A DNA stretch of 43,080 bases from Clostridia bacterium (GCA_017558715.1 JAFYTT010000374.1:1-43080); one strand, 5' to 3'; positions 18,877-29,552 are shown, counted from the stretch's first letter. The notes: generated from the letters alone by a model not told the origin. A program made the numbers and translations.

Positions 18877-18945
18877 AAAAAATAGGAATTGATCCGATGT
18901 ACATTCATTATATCATGAACGTCTGCATCTGTCAATTCCTTTTTT
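18877..18945 (-). terminator. Long imperfect hairpin terminator of the GH13 gene that encloses the next promoter
   Basis: AGGAATTGA/TCAATTCCT, GATGCA/TACATC and TTCAT/ATGAA arms followed by ATTTTTT on the minus strand. Confidence 0.55.
18907..18935 (-). promoter_or_regulatory. Consensus sigmaA promoter for the isomerase gene run
   Basis: TTGACA-17 bp-TATAAT with TG. Confidence 0.8.
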
Positions 18946-18947
18946 GA

Positions 18948-20885
18948 TTATTCATTTCCGGTCAGAATCACGGCAGAATCCGGTTTGACGATAGCATCGC
19001 CGCGGTATTCCGTTCCTGTCAGAAGATCGGTATAGCTTCCCGCAATCCGATAGGCATTGTCCGAGCGGTTGACGCAAATACGAAGGGTGTCATCCCCGTC
19101 GCCGCGCGTAAAGTCAAACACACCGTCCCCGGCATGCAGAATCCGCGTAACACCCTCTGCAAAAACAGGATGGGTACGGCGAATGTCCGACAGTTTGCGA
19201 TAATGCGCAAGCAGCGTTTCGTCTTCCCGTCCCCACGGATACGGACGGCGGTTGAGCGGATCGCGGTATCCTTCTATCCCGATCTCATCACCGTAATAGA
19301 TACACGGGATACCGGGTAAGGTAAACTGCAGTACCGACGCAAGTCCGACAAGGACACGGCCGCGCGCTTTTTCCTCTTCTGTCATACGGATCAGCGCAAG
19401 TGCATCGTTGTCAAGATCGCCCATCGGTTTTGCTGCCAGCGCACTGATGATGCGTTCCGTATCATGCGTTCCGAGCAGATTCATTAAAAGATGCGTACAG
19501 CCGTCGGGGTAATGTCCGAGTACCATCCGTACTGCATGCTCCAGCGCTCCGACGTTCCCGTCTCGGACAAAGGACAGAATCGCATCCCGGAACGGATAGT
19601 TCATGACGGAGTCGAGCTGCCGTCCGCGGAAATAACGGCGTCTGCGGTCATACGCGATCTTGTTGGACGCATCCTCCCAAACCTCACCGTAAATCACGGC
19701 ATCGGGATTCTCTGCCTTCACGCGCGTGCGCAGATCATCAAGGAAGCGGTTATCAAGCTCATCCGCAACGTCAAGCCGCCAGCCGGATACGCCGCAGGAC
19801 ATCCACTTATGAAGAATTCCATGCTCGCCGCAGATGTAATCTCTGAAATCGGGATTGCCCGAATACAGCGCCGGCAGAACCTTCACACCCCACCAGGAGT
19901 CATAGTCATCGGGATATTCGCGGAAGCGGTACCAGTCAAAATACGGCGATTCCTTGGACTGATACGCGCCGATGGAATCGTATTTTCCGTATCGGTTGAA
20001 ATAACGGCTGTCATCGCCCGTGTGATTGAAGACACCGTCGCAGATGACGCGGATGCCGTATTTCTTTGCCTCCGACAGCAGGTTCACGAATGCCTCGTCA
20101 CCGCCAAAGGACGGATCGACCGTCTCATAATCTCCCGTATCGTATTTGTGGTTGGTATACGCGCGGAAAATCGGAGACAGATACAGAATCGTTACACCGA
20201 GCGACTGTAAATACGGCAGTTTTTCCGCCACGCCCCACAGATTGCCGCCGAAAAACTCGTTGTTCTCGACCTGACCGCCGGGGTATTTTGCATGCTGGGG
20301 AATCCCGTGATACCAGTCATCATTGTATTCGGCATCCTCGCGGCGCGGCATATCGGGATGGGCCTCACTCTTTGCAAAGCGGTCGACAAACACATGGTAC
20401 ATAATGCCGCCGTACCATGATTTCGGGGTCTCATATCCGTCCTCGGTCACCGTCCATTGAAACGCATGAACATTTTCATCCTTCCATTTATAAACCGCAC
20501 CGAAATCGTTTTCTTCCTTTGCGTAAATCAGATGCCCAAAACGGGTATCAAATTCAAAGCGGAAGTAGAACAGTCCGCTCTCCTCACCATCTGCACAGAC
20601 CTGACTGCCGCTGACCGTGACCGACCACACGCTGTCATCGCCCTCTGTCATTTCCAGCCACAGTACCGCTCCGTCATCATCACGATACAAACGCATTCTG
20701 CCGCCCAGCACTTCCCATTCACGCGGAATCGGCACAGAAAATGTCAGGGTTTCACCGAAGCGGCTGACGGTATGGGAAAGAACCGTTCCGTCTTCCCGGG
20801 TTACTGTCATCGGGTAAGGATTTGTTTTTTCGATAGGAAAAACCGGATGATATCCGGTTTCTCCTGTATGATTCATTTCATTCAT
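18948..20885 (-). CDS. GH13 neopullulanase/amylopullulanase-like alpha-glucan hydrolase
   Basis: YHVFVDRF, GGNL.G, NHKYDT, DGVFNH, GWRLDVADE, GEVW, GTHDT; catalytic triad intact. Confidence 0.9.
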   Translation of the reverse strand: MNEMNHTGETGYHPVFPIEKTNPYPMTVTREDGTVLSHTVSRFGETLTFSVPIPREWEVLGGRMRLYRDDDGAVLWLEMTEGDDSVWSVTVSGSQVCADGEESGLFYFRFEFDTRFGHLIYAKEENDFGAVYKWKDENVHAFQWTVTEDGYETPKSWYGGIMYHVFVDRFAKSEAHPDMPRREDAEYNDDWYHGIPQHAKYPGGQVENNEFFGGNLWGVAEKLPYLQSLGVTILYLSPIFRAYTNHKYDTGDYETVDPSFGGDEAFVNLLSEAKKYGIRVICDGVFNHTGDDSRYFNRYGKYDSIGAYQSKESPYFDWYRFREYPDDYDSWWGVKVLPALYSGNPDFRDYICGEHGILHKWMSCGVSGWRLDVADELDNRFLDDLRTRVKAENPDAVIYGEVWEDASNKIAYDRRRRYFRGRQLDSVMNYPFRDAILSFVRDGNVGALEHAVRMVLGHYPDGCTHLLMNLLGTHDTERIISALAAKPMGDLDNDALALIRMTEEEKARGRVLVGLASVLQFTLPGIPCIYYGDEIGIEGYRDPLNRRPYPWGREDETLLAHYRKLSDIRRTHPVFAEGVTRILHAGDGVFDFTRGDGDDTLRICVNRSDNAYRIAGSYTDLLTGTEYRGDAIVKPDSAVILTGNE

Positions 20886-20894
20886 GCCAAAGAA

Positions 20895-23354
20895 TTATTT
20901 CTTTCTGGTCTTGGTTGTCTTTGTGACGGGTGCTGTGATGGGTGTCATATGCCAGATGTTCTTTGCATATTCACTGATCGCACGGTCTGCCGCAAAGATA
21001 CCTGCGGACGCCGTGTTGACCAGCGACATCTTCGCCCACTTGTCTCGGTTGTTAAAATCAACCGTCATGCGGTCATGCGCACGGCAGTAGGACTCAAAGT
21101 CCGCCAGACACATATACGGGTCAGCGATACCGCGTCCGATGACAAGGTAATCGACGAAATCGCGGTAGGAGTTGCCGTTGAAGCCGAAGGTGAAGGAATC
21201 GACCGTTCTCTTAAGCTTGTCGTTGGCAACATAATAGGTAGCCGCGTTGTAACCGTGACGCCACAGATCCTCGACTTCCGGCGTGGTCAGACCAAACAGG
21301 TACATGTTGTCGTCCCCAACAGCCTCATGGATTTCGACATTCGCACCGTCCAGCGTACCGATGGTAACAGCACCGTTGATCATCAGCTTCATACAGCCGG
21401 TACCGGATGCTTCCTTACCTGCAAGTGAAATCTGCTCGGAAATATCTGCCGAGGGAATCAGCACTTCTGCCATGGAGACGTTGTAGTCTTCCATGAAAAC
21501 AACGCGCAGCTTTTCGCGGATACGAGGATCACGCTCGATTTCAGCCTGCAGATCGCAGATCATCTTGATGATGCGCTTTGCCATATCATAACCTGGTGCT
21601 GCCTTTGCACCGAAAATGAAGGTCTGGGGCGTGATATCGAGATTCGGATTTTCGCGCAGCTCGTTGTAAAGGCTCACAATGCGCAGGGCATTCAGCAGCT
21701 GGCGCTTGTATTCATGCAGACGCTTGACCTGCACGTCGAAAATGGAATCGGGGTTGAGCGCAATGCCGGTCTTGGATGCGACATAGTTGGAGAAGCGAAC
21801 CTTGTTCTCACGCTTGATCGCAAGGATCTGATCAAGAACCTTCTGATCGTCCTTGTATTCGAGCAGTCTCGACAGCGTTTCGGGCTGCTTTTTGTAATCG
21901 GTACCGATCAGGTTATCCAGCAGACCCGTCAGGCCGGGGTTGGAGTAGCACAGCCATCTGCGGTGTGCAATACCGTTGGTGACGTTGGTGAACTTGCCGG
22001 GCGTGTACTTGTAGTAGTCATGGAAGACGGTCTTTGTCAGAATATCGGAGTGGAGCTTCGATACACCGTTGACCGTGTGAGAACCGGCAACGCACATATT
22101 TGCCATACGTACAGAGCCGTAGCCGATGATCGCCATGCGGGAGATACGATCCCAGTCACCGGGATAGCACTTCCAGAGGTCTTCGCACAGACGGCGGTTG
22201 ATCTCACGGACGATGGTATGGATACGCGGCAGCTTGAGCGCAAACAGGTCTTCGTTCCATGTTTCAAGCGCTTCGGGCATGACGGTATGGTTGGTGTAGG
22301 AAACGGTACGGGTAACAACATCCCATGCCTGTTCCCAGTTGTAGCTATGGACATCCATCAGCTGACGCATCAGTTCCGGAATCACGAGTGCCGGGTGCGT
22401 ATCGTTAACGTGGATAGCAACCTTGTCTGCAAAATTCCACAGCGAGCCGTAACGGCGCAGATGGTCGGAAATGATCGACTGCAGAGATGCGGAAACGAGG
22501 AAATACTGCTGGGAAAGGCGGAGCAGCTTACCCTCGGTATGGTTGTCGGACGGATACAGAACCTTGGTCAGAATTTCCGCATTGGTGTTCTGCTCCATTG
22601 CCTGCAGATAAGCACCCTGCGAGAACAGGTTCATGTTGAACATCGAGGTGGTCTTTGCCTTCCACAGACGCAGAACGTTGACAGCCTCACAGTCGGCACC
22701 GGAAATCATGATATCATAAGGAACAGCCTGGATTTCTTCATAGTTGTCATGAACGATGTCACACTTGCCGTCCTTCCAGGTTTCCTTGATGTGACCGCCG
22801 AAACGGACAGTGCACGCCTTATCGGTTCTGGGAACGAGCACAACATCACCGCCGGGCAGCCAGTTGTCGGGCAGCTCAATCTGCTGACCGTCGACAAGCT
22901 TCTGCTTGAACAGACCGTATTCGTACAGCAGCGAAAAACCGGTTGCGGGATAGTTGAGCGTGGTAGCCGCGTCCATATAGCATGCGGCAAGGCGACCGAG
23001 ACCGCCGTTGCCAAGACCCGGATCGGGTTCACGTTCGTATACGGATTCGAGCGAAAAACCGAGCTCGGACAGAACATCGCGATAGATTTCTGTGAGACCA
23101 AGATTACCGAGGTTATTCTTCAGCGAACGGCCGATGAGGAATTCCATGCACATATAGTACAGGGTCTTGCCGGACTGACGCTTGACTTCTTCTTTATATT
23201 CAGAGCGCTTCTGGGACAGAATGTCCTTGACGCACATCATCACGGCGCGGTAAATCTGATCTTCATTGGCTTCTGCCATGGTAACGCCGAAATAGCGGGA
23301 AAGCTTGGTTGAAAGCGCTTCCCTAACGGATTCTTTGGTGAATTTCTGATTCAT
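20895..23354 (-). CDS. glgP: Glycogen/starch phosphorylase
   Basis: GLGNGGLGRLAAC, NDTHP, YTNHT, KRLHEYKRQ, EASGTG.MK; start at ATG 23354. Confidence 0.96.
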   Translation of the reverse strand: MNQKFTKESVREALSTKLSRYFGVTMAEANEDQIYRAVMMCVKDILSQKRSEYKEEVKRQSGKTLYYMCMEFLIGRSLKNNLGNLGLTEIYRDVLSELGFSLESVYEREPDPGLGNGGLGRLAACYMDAATTLNYPATGFSLLYEYGLFKQKLVDGQQIELPDNWLPGGDVVLVPRTDKACTVRFGGHIKETWKDGKCDIVHDNYEEIQAVPYDIMISGADCEAVNVLRLWKAKTTSMFNMNLFSQGAYLQAMEQNTNAEILTKVLYPSDNHTEGKLLRLSQQYFLVSASLQSIISDHLRRYGSLWNFADKVAIHVNDTHPALVIPELMRQLMDVHSYNWEQAWDVVTRTVSYTNHTVMPEALETWNEDLFALKLPRIHTIVREINRRLCEDLWKCYPGDWDRISRMAIIGYGSVRMANMCVAGSHTVNGVSKLHSDILTKTVFHDYYKYTPGKFTNVTNGIAHRRWLCYSNPGLTGLLDNLIGTDYKKQPETLSRLLEYKDDQKVLDQILAIKRENKVRFSNYVASKTGIALNPDSIFDVQVKRLHEYKRQLLNALRIVSLYNELRENPNLDITPQTFIFGAKAAPGYDMAKRIIKMICDLQAEIERDPRIREKLRVVFMEDYNVSMAEVLIPSADISEQISLAGKEASGTGCMKLMINGAVTIGTLDGANVEIHEAVGDDNMYLFGLTTPEVEDLWRHGYNAATYYVANDKLKRTVDSFTFGFNGNSYRDFVDYLVIGRGIADPYMCLADFESYCRAHDRMTVDFNNRDKWAKMSLVNTASAGIFAADRAISEYAKNIWHMTPITAPVTKTTKTRKK

Positions 23355-23393
23355 GGATTCTCTTCCTTTTATCTGGTAATTTCGTACCCTAAT

Positions 23394-23422
23394 ATTATAC
23401 CACAAATTCACGGTACGGTCAA
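23394..23422 (-). promoter_or_regulatory. sigmaA promoter of glgP-GH13
   Basis: TTGACC-17 bp-TATAAT with TG. Confidence 0.75.
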
Positions 23423-23531
23423 GATGGTAATCGCCCATTTTTACATGTAATTTTGGGGATTTTTGCTATTTGGAAGAACTGGGAGTTGTTTTATCTCACA
23501 AAAATAGATAGGATTTGGTGAATGACACAAG

Positions 23532-23566
23532 AAAAACAGCGGCACACCCCAAAAGAGCATGCCGCC
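23532..23566 (-). terminator. Intrinsic terminator after glgA
   Basis: GGCGGCATGCTC-loop-GGGTGTGCCGCT followed by GTTTTT. Confidence 0.6.
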
Positions 23567-23587
23567 GCATAAGATATTCAATTCAAA

Positions 23588-25018
23588 TTACAGTGCATCG
23601 TACATATCAAGATACTTCTTTGCGGATACCGACCAGGAGAAGTCGACCTTCATCGCGTTTGCACGCAGGGTTTCCCACTGCTTTGCATCCCCGTACAGAT
23701 CAACCGCGCGAATGATCGCATCCAGCATATCGAGCGCATCATAGTTGCAGAATGTGATACCGTTGCCCTCGCCTGTGGTCTGGTCGTAGGGATGAATGGT
23801 ATCGTAAAGACCGCCGACTTCACGGACAATCGGCACCGTGCCGTAACGGGAAGCGATCATCTGTGCAAGACCGCACGGCTCGCTCTTGGACGGCATTAAG
23901 AAGATATCCGCACCGGCATAAATCTGCTTGGAAACGTCCTTGTTGTACGCCAGCAGAATCGAAACCTTTTCGGGATAACGCTTCTGCAGACCCTCAAAGA
24001 AGTTTTCCAGATCCGCCTCACCCGTACCAAGCAGAACAAACTGCACATCACGGACAAGCAGACGCTCAATGGCATACTTGACCAGATCAAAGCCCTTGTG
24101 AGAAGCCAGACGGGAAACCATCGCAATGACCGGCGTGGACGGGGATTCGGGAAGACCGAAGACCTTCTGCAGCTCTGCCTTGTTTGCAGCCTTGCCTTCC
24201 TCCACGGTATCAACCGTGAAGTTCTGCTTGATGACAGGATCGGTTTCGGCGTTGTAATAATCAACGTCAATACCGTTGACGATACCCATGACCTTGCCCG
24301 AGTACATACGCAGAATGTGCTGCAGACCCGATGCAAAATAATCCATCTGGATTTCCTCGGCATAACGGGAAGAAACAGTAGACAGTCTGTCACAGCAGAC
24401 GATCGCGCCCTTGGTGAGATTGATCATGCCGTTGTATTCAACGATGGAATGTTCGTAATCGGAAAGTCCGAAGACATCACCGAGAATGGACATATCGTAA
24501 ATGCCCTGATAGTCGATGTTGTGGATGGTATAAACGGTCTTGATGCCGCGGTATTCCTGCATCCAGTTGTACTTGGTGCGCAGATAGATGATGGACAGCG
24601 CACTCTGCCAGTCGTGGGCATGGAGGACATCCGGGAAGAAACCGATCTTCGGCATCATTTCCATGACTGCCATGCAGAAGAATGCAAAGCGTTCGCCGTC
24701 ATCGAAGTTGCCGTACAGATTGCCGCGGGAGAAGTAATACTGGTTGTCAATGAAGTAATACGTAACATCATTCAGCTCATAGCTGTACAGACCGCAGTAC
24801 TGATTTCTCCAGGACAGCTGGACGTAGTATTCGGTGACCTTTTCCATCTTGTCGCGGTATTTTTCGGAAATGGACTGGTACAGAGGGAGCACGACACGGA
24901 TATCGAGGTCATCACCCTGATCGCGCTTGAGCGCTGCGGGCAGAGAACCGAGAACGTCCGCAAGACCGCCTGTGGATGCAAACGGCAGTGCTTCCGCACC
25001 GACAAATAATAATTTCAT
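23588..25018 (-). CDS. glgA: Glycogen synthase (GT5)
   Basis: TGGLADV, HAHDWQ, TIHN, GIVNGID, SRL..HKG, EPCGL. Confidence 0.95.
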   Translation of the reverse strand: MKLLFVGAEALPFASTGGLADVLGSLPAALKRDQGDDLDIRVVLPLYQSISEKYRDKMEKVTEYYVQLSWRNQYCGLYSYELNDVTYYFIDNQYYFSRGNLYGNFDDGERFAFFCMAVMEMMPKIGFFPDVLHAHDWQSALSIIYLRTKYNWMQEYRGIKTVYTIHNIDYQGIYDMSILGDVFGLSDYEHSIVEYNGMINLTKGAIVCCDRLSTVSSRYAEEIQMDYFASGLQHILRMYSGKVMGIVNGIDVDYYNAETDPVIKQNFTVDTVEEGKAANKAELQKVFGLPESPSTPVIAMVSRLASHKGFDLVKYAIERLLVRDVQFVLLGTGEADLENFFEGLQKRYPEKVSILLAYNKDVSKQIYAGADIFLMPSKSEPCGLAQMIASRYGTVPIVREVGGLYDTIHPYDQTTGEGNGITFCNYDALDMLDAIIRAVDLYGDAKQWETLRANAMKVDFSWSVSAKKYLDMYDAL

Positions 25019-25056
25019 AAGGGATTCTCCTTTCGGATCGGATTATCGGAGAGCAA

Positions 25057-26187
25057 TTACAGCATCTGGTTCTTACCGATGAAATACGGCTTGGACGGAT
25101 GACCGGACAGGACATTGCCGTCGCGGATGACGGTATTCTTATCGGAAATGACACAGTTCATAAAGACATTTTCGCCGACAACGGTATCCTGATACAGAAT
25201 ACAGTTCTTGACAACAGCACCGCGTCCGATCTTGACACCGCGGAACAGGATGCAGTTTTCAACGGTACCGTCGATGGTACAGCCGTCTGCAATCAGAGAG
25301 TTCTTGACGACAGAGGAATCGGTATAACGGGTGGGCGCAGAGTTGCGGACCTTGGTCAGAACAGGACGTCTGTCGATACCGAACAGTGCGGAGCGGAATG
25401 CGGTATTGGTAATCAGCTCCATGCTGGTTGCAAAGTAGTCTTCCAGCGAGGAAATGGTCGCAAATGCACCGTCGTAACGGTAAACGCGGTAAACACGCTC
25501 ATCCTTGTTGCGCATCATGATATCGCGGGTCAGGCTGGTAAAGCCGTGTGCGATGGATTCCTGAACAAAGCTCTGCAGATACTTGGTGTTGACAACGATG
25601 ATGTTCAGCGCAACATCGTGTTCACCTTCCGCATACTTGGGGTTCATCGCCATATCGACAATACGACCGTTCTCGTCTGCGTCAATGATGGTTGCGGTTT
25701 CGCTGATGGCACCGTTCAGTGTCATGCGCTTGGTCATCATCGTGATGTCGGCATTGTTTGCAATGTGATCACGGAGCAGGTCTTCGAGATCGATGTTGCA
25801 GATGCCGTCACAGTCTGCCATAATGACATAATCTTCCTTGATGTGGTTCAGGCTTGCCGCGATGCCCATCAGGGATTCCAGACGGGAGTGACCGCCGACC
25901 TGATAGTTCTGGCTTGCACGCATATTGGGCGGGAGGATCTTGATACCGCCGGAGCGTCTTGCCAGATCCCAGTCCTTACCGGAACCGATGTGATCCATCA
26001 GAGACTGGTAGTTGTACTGCGTGACAACGCGGATATCGGTGATACCGGAGTTGACCATATTGGACAGCGTAAAGTCGATCAGGCGGTATCTGCATCCGAA
26101 CGGAACAGAGCCGACGGTACGGCTGCGGGTCAGTTCGGGAATGTTTCTTTCATGGAGATTGGCAAAGATAATACCGATTGCGTTCAT
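25057..26187 (-). CDS. glgD: Glucose-1-phosphate adenylyltransferase, GlgD subunit
   Basis: [41 protein letters not shown]; overlaps the glgC stop. Confidence 0.93.
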   Translation of the reverse strand: MNAIGIIFANLHERNIPELTRSRTVGSVPFGCRYRLIDFTLSNMVNSGITDIRVVTQYNYQSLMDHIGSGKDWDLARRSGGIKILPPNMRASQNYQVGGHSRLESLMGIAASLNHIKEDYVIMADCDGICNIDLEDLLRDHIANNADITMMTKRMTLNGAISETATIIDADENGRIVDMAMNPKYAEGEHDVALNIIVVNTKYLQSFVQESIAHGFTSLTRDIMMRNKDERVYRVYRYDGAFATISSLEDYFATSMELITNTAFRSALFGIDRRPVLTKVRNSAPTRYTDSSVVKNSLIADGCTIDGTVENCILFRGVKIGRGAVVKNCILYQDTVVGENVFMNCVISDKNTVIRDGNVLSGHPSKPYFIGKNQML

Positions 26188-27401
26188 GCGATATTACCTC
26201 CTTCCTTGAGTTGGGAAAGTTTGGCTTCGTTGACCATGTCTCCGGCAGCAATTGTCATGCCTGCGGGAACTGTCAGCTTGGTACCGATGACGCAGATCTT
26301 TTCTTCGTCATTCTTGGCACCGACGACCGCACCAGCGCTGATGACGGTATCCGCGTCAACGATGGAATATTCGACTCTGGCACCGGCTTCGATTCTGGTA
26401 CCGCTCATAATGACGGAATCACGGACAACCGCACCGGGAGCGACATAAACGCCGTCAAAAAGCACAGAGTTTTCAACACAGCCGTAAATTTCGCAGCCTT
26501 CGCTCATCATCGAGCCGTGAATCTTGGCATCCTCACCGATAAACTGCGGCGGGCGTGCGGAGGTACGGGAGAAGATTCTCCAGTTCTTGTCGTAAAGATC
26601 GAATTCGGGCTTTTCGCCGAGCAGATCCATATTAGCTTCCCACAGAGATGCAATCGTTCCGACGTCCTTCCAATAACCGGAGAAGGGATATGCATACATG
26701 GACTTGCCGTCACCCAGCATCTTCGGGATGATATTCTTACCGAAGTCCTTGGAGGAATTCGGGTCGTTTTCGTCGGCAATCAGATATTCTCGGAGCAGTT
26801 TTGCATTGAAGATGTAAATACCCATCGATGCCTTGGTGGACTTGGGCTGCTTGGGCTTTTCTTCAAACTCGAAGATCTTGCCGTTTTCGTCCGCATTCAT
26901 AATACCGAAACGGGAAGCCTCGGACAGCGGAACCTCCAGAACAGAAATCGTACAGTCGGCGTTCATCTTCTTATGATAATCGAGCATTGCCGCATAGTCC
27001 ATCTTATAGATGTGGTCACCGGAGAGGATGAGCACATAGTCGGGATCATAGCGGTCGATGAAGTTGAGGTTCTGGTAAATGGCGTTTGCCGTGCCGGAAT
27101 ACCAGTCAGCGCCGTTCTTGCCCTGGTACGGCGGAAGCACCATAACACCGCCGCGGCTGCGGTCAAGGTCCCACGGCTGACCGTTGCCGATGTACTCGTT
27201 GAGTACAAGCGGCTGATACTGCGTCAGAACACCAACGGTGTCGAGACCGGAATTGATGCAGTTGGAGAGCGGGAAGTCGATGATACGGTATTTACCGCCG
27301 AACTGGACAGCGGGTTTTGCCGTCGATTCTGTCAGTGTGTACAGTCTGCTGCCCTGTCCTCCCGCAAGCAGCATCACGACACATTCTTTCTTTTGGAACA
27401 T
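26184..27401 (-). CDS. glgC: Glucose-1-phosphate adenylyltransferase
   Basis: [54 protein letters not shown]; AAGGAGG RBS. Confidence 0.96.
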   Translation of the reverse strand: MFQKKECVVMLLAGGQGSRLYTLTESTAKPAVQFGGKYRIIDFPLSNCINSGLDTVGVLTQYQPLVLNEYIGNGQPWDLDRSRGGVMVLPPYQGKNGADWYSGTANAIYQNLNFIDRYDPDYVLILSGDHIYKMDYAAMLDYHKKMNADCTISVLEVPLSEASRFGIMNADENGKIFEFEEKPKQPKSTKASMGIYIFNAKLLREYLIADENDPNSSKDFGKNIIPKMLGDGKSMYAYPFSGYWKDVGTIASLWEANMDLLGEKPEFDLYDKNWRIFSRTSARPPQFIGEDAKIHGSMMSEGCEIYGCVENSVLFDGVYVAPGAVVRDSVIMSGTRIEAGARVEYSIVDADTVISAGAVVGAKNDEEKICVIGTKLTVPAGMTIAAGDMVNEAKLSQLKEGGNIA

Positions 27402-27488
27402 GATTACAATATTCCTCCTTCTATTTTTGTGTTCTGCCATGGGCACCATACACCAAAGCAAAACATACGGTACAATAATAATGTGGGA

Positions 27489-29552
27489 TCATGATTTGCG
27501 CTGGCGTTTGACCGGCGCAAAGATCACAGCAGACATTGCCGGCAGCGTCACACACAGACAGCGGTGCGTTTCGCTGTTGTCGGGTGCCATCACGGGTTCT
27601 GCGGTCAGTCTGCCTTCATTATGACAGTCCGAGCCGCCCCACGCCGCATCATCGGTTGTGAACAATTCCTCATAAACCGCAGGCGCATCCGCAGGCAGTC
27701 TCATGGTATATCCGTTCAGCGGACGTGCGGAAAAGTTGACCGCAATCAGAAGCGGCATTCCGGCTCTGTCATATCGGACATATGAAATCGTATTGGTATC
27801 GCGCTCCTCCGTACCCATCCAGCGGTAACCTGCCCAGGAGAAATCGTCCTCCCACAGCTCCCGCCGCTCCAGATACAGATGATTGAGCGCACGGGTAAAG
27901 CTCTGCATCTTTCTGTGTGCGTCATAATCGAGCATGAACCATTCCAGCTGATTTTCCCAATCCCATTCACGGAACGGTGCATATTCACAGCCCATAAAGG
28001 TCATCTTTTTGCCCGGCTGTGTGATCATATAAGCAAGGAACGCACGCATACAGGCGAATTTTTCCTCATATACGCCGAACATCTTGTCCAAGAGGGATTT
28101 TCTGCCGTGAACGACCGCATCGTGCGGAATCGGCAGAATATGGTTTTCGGAAAATGCATCCATCAAAGGATCGGTCAGACAGGCGTGTTTGTCTCCACGG
28201 CGGAGCGGATCGGTGCCGACATAATCGAGCATACCGTCCATCCATGCGGTATTCCATTTGAAATTGAAGCCGAGTGCGCCGATATCCACAGGTCCCGTCA
28301 CATGCTGCTGACCGGTCGATTCGCCGGCAATCATGAGTGCATCGGGAAATTCGGAAAAGAGCTTGGTATTCAGCTTACGGAAAAACGCCATTGCCGCCGC
28401 ATTGTATTCCGTACCCTCGCCGTTGTCAAAATACAGCATATCGGTGACATCACAGCAGCGCAGACCGTCGATATGATATTCCCGCAGCCAGAACATGGCA
28501 CCCGAGACAAGGAACGACTGTACCTCGGGACGTCCGACATCGAAACGGTCGGTACCGCCCATGTCATCCTCATCCCAGTTCTGATATTCATAGCAGAAGC
28601 TGCCGTCAAACCGATACAGACCGTGCTCGTCCCGAGGGAAGCGGGCAGGTACCCAGTCCAGAATCACACCGATTCCGGCAGTATGGCAGGCATCCACGAA
28701 ATATTTGAAATCCTCAGGTGTTCCGAAGCGGGATGTCGGTGCATAATAAGAACAGACACGGTAACCCCAGGAACGGTCATCGGGATGCTCGGTCACAGGA
28801 AGCAGTTCCACATGGGTATATCCCATTTCCTTTACATACGGAACGAGTACCTCCGCAATTTCTCTGTAATTGAGATATGCCGCAGGATTTTTGCGTGTGG
28901 TCATACCCTCGCGCGTACGGAATGAGCCGAGATGCACCTCGTAAATATTCATCGGCGCCGGGTAGAATGCGCGCATCGCTTTGGATGCTTTTTTCTTCTG
29001 CTCGGTCAGAAGGATGCTCCCTGCATTTTCGGAAGCTTCTTCCGCCGCTCTGCTTTTTGCCTGCGGGGAGGAAAAGATTCTGCGTCTGTGCGTACGCCAT
29101 CCTCTGTCATGCCATTCAAACTTCGGCGGGATATACAGAATGGACGCGGTATTGTGCAGACATTCCGAAAAGACACCGTACGGATCTGCTTTCAGATGGA
29201 CACCGTTGTCTCCTGTAATCCGATATTTATACCGCTGACCGACACGGATGATATCCTCTTCTTTTTTGCCTTTTTCAGGCAGCGGAACGATACATTCCCA
29301 GACACCGGCCTCCGTCACACGCGTCATCGGATATCCGTCGCCCCAGTCGTTAAAATCCCCAACCACTTCGATTTTCTGTGCGCGCGGTGCCCAGACGCGG
29401 AAGATCCAGCATCTGCCGGTCTTTCCGTCGGAATAATGCGCGCCGAGATAATCGTATGCATACGTCGTGGTTCCCTGATGGAAATAGTATGCGGCAAGAT
29501 CATCGGGGGTACTTGCGCGGGATGCGGGTGTTTGCGGTTTGCCTTGTGCCAT
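27489..29552 (-). CDS. glgB: 1,4-alpha-glucan branching enzyme homolog (catalytic residues substituted)
   Basis: FRVWAP, KADPY, NIYEVHLGS, MGYTHVELLP, SWGY, GIGVILDWVP, VVHG.KSL, PGKK..FMG; active-site motifs deviate (see findings). Confidence 0.85.
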   Translation of the reverse strand: MAQGKPQTPASRASTPDDLAAYYFHQGTTTYAYDYLGAHYSDGKTGRCWIFRVWAPRAQKIEVVGDFNDWGDGYPMTRVTEAGVWECIVPLPEKGKKEEDIIRVGQRYKYRITGDNGVHLKADPYGVFSECLHNTASILYIPPKFEWHDRGWRTHRRRIFSSPQAKSRAAEEASENAGSILLTEQKKKASKAMRAFYPAPMNIYEVHLGSFRTREGMTTRKNPAAYLNYREIAEVLVPYVKEMGYTHVELLPVTEHPDDRSWGYRVCSYYAPTSRFGTPEDFKYFVDACHTAGIGVILDWVPARFPRDEHGLYRFDGSFCYEYQNWDEDDMGGTDRFDVGRPEVQSFLVSGAMFWLREYHIDGLRCCDVTDMLYFDNGEGTEYNAAAMAFFRKLNTKLFSEFPDALMIAGESTGQQHVTGPVDIGALGFNFKWNTAWMDGMLDYVGTDPLRRGDKHACLTDPLMDAFSENHILPIPHDAVVHGRKSLLDKMFGVYEEKFACMRAFLAYMITQPGKKMTFMGCEYAPFREWDWENQLEWFMLDYDAHRKMQSFTRALNHLYLERRELWEDDFSWAGYRWMGTEERDTNTISYVRYDRAGMPLLIAVNFSARPLNGYTMRLPADAPAVYEELFTTDDAAWGGSDCHNEGRLTAEPVMAPDNSETHRCLCVTLPAMSAVIFAPVKRQRKS

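Noticed and set aside
21714-23312. Long antisense ORFs (532 aa here; also 9114-10463, 11835-13268, 17352-18860, 25099-26448, 26178-27494, 32776-33939)
   Set aside because: Expected shadows of codon-biased genes on the opposite strand; no motifs or RBS
25057-26187. Degenerate catalytic motifs in the GlgC paralog
   Set aside because: This is the known non-catalytic GlgD subunit of Firmicutes
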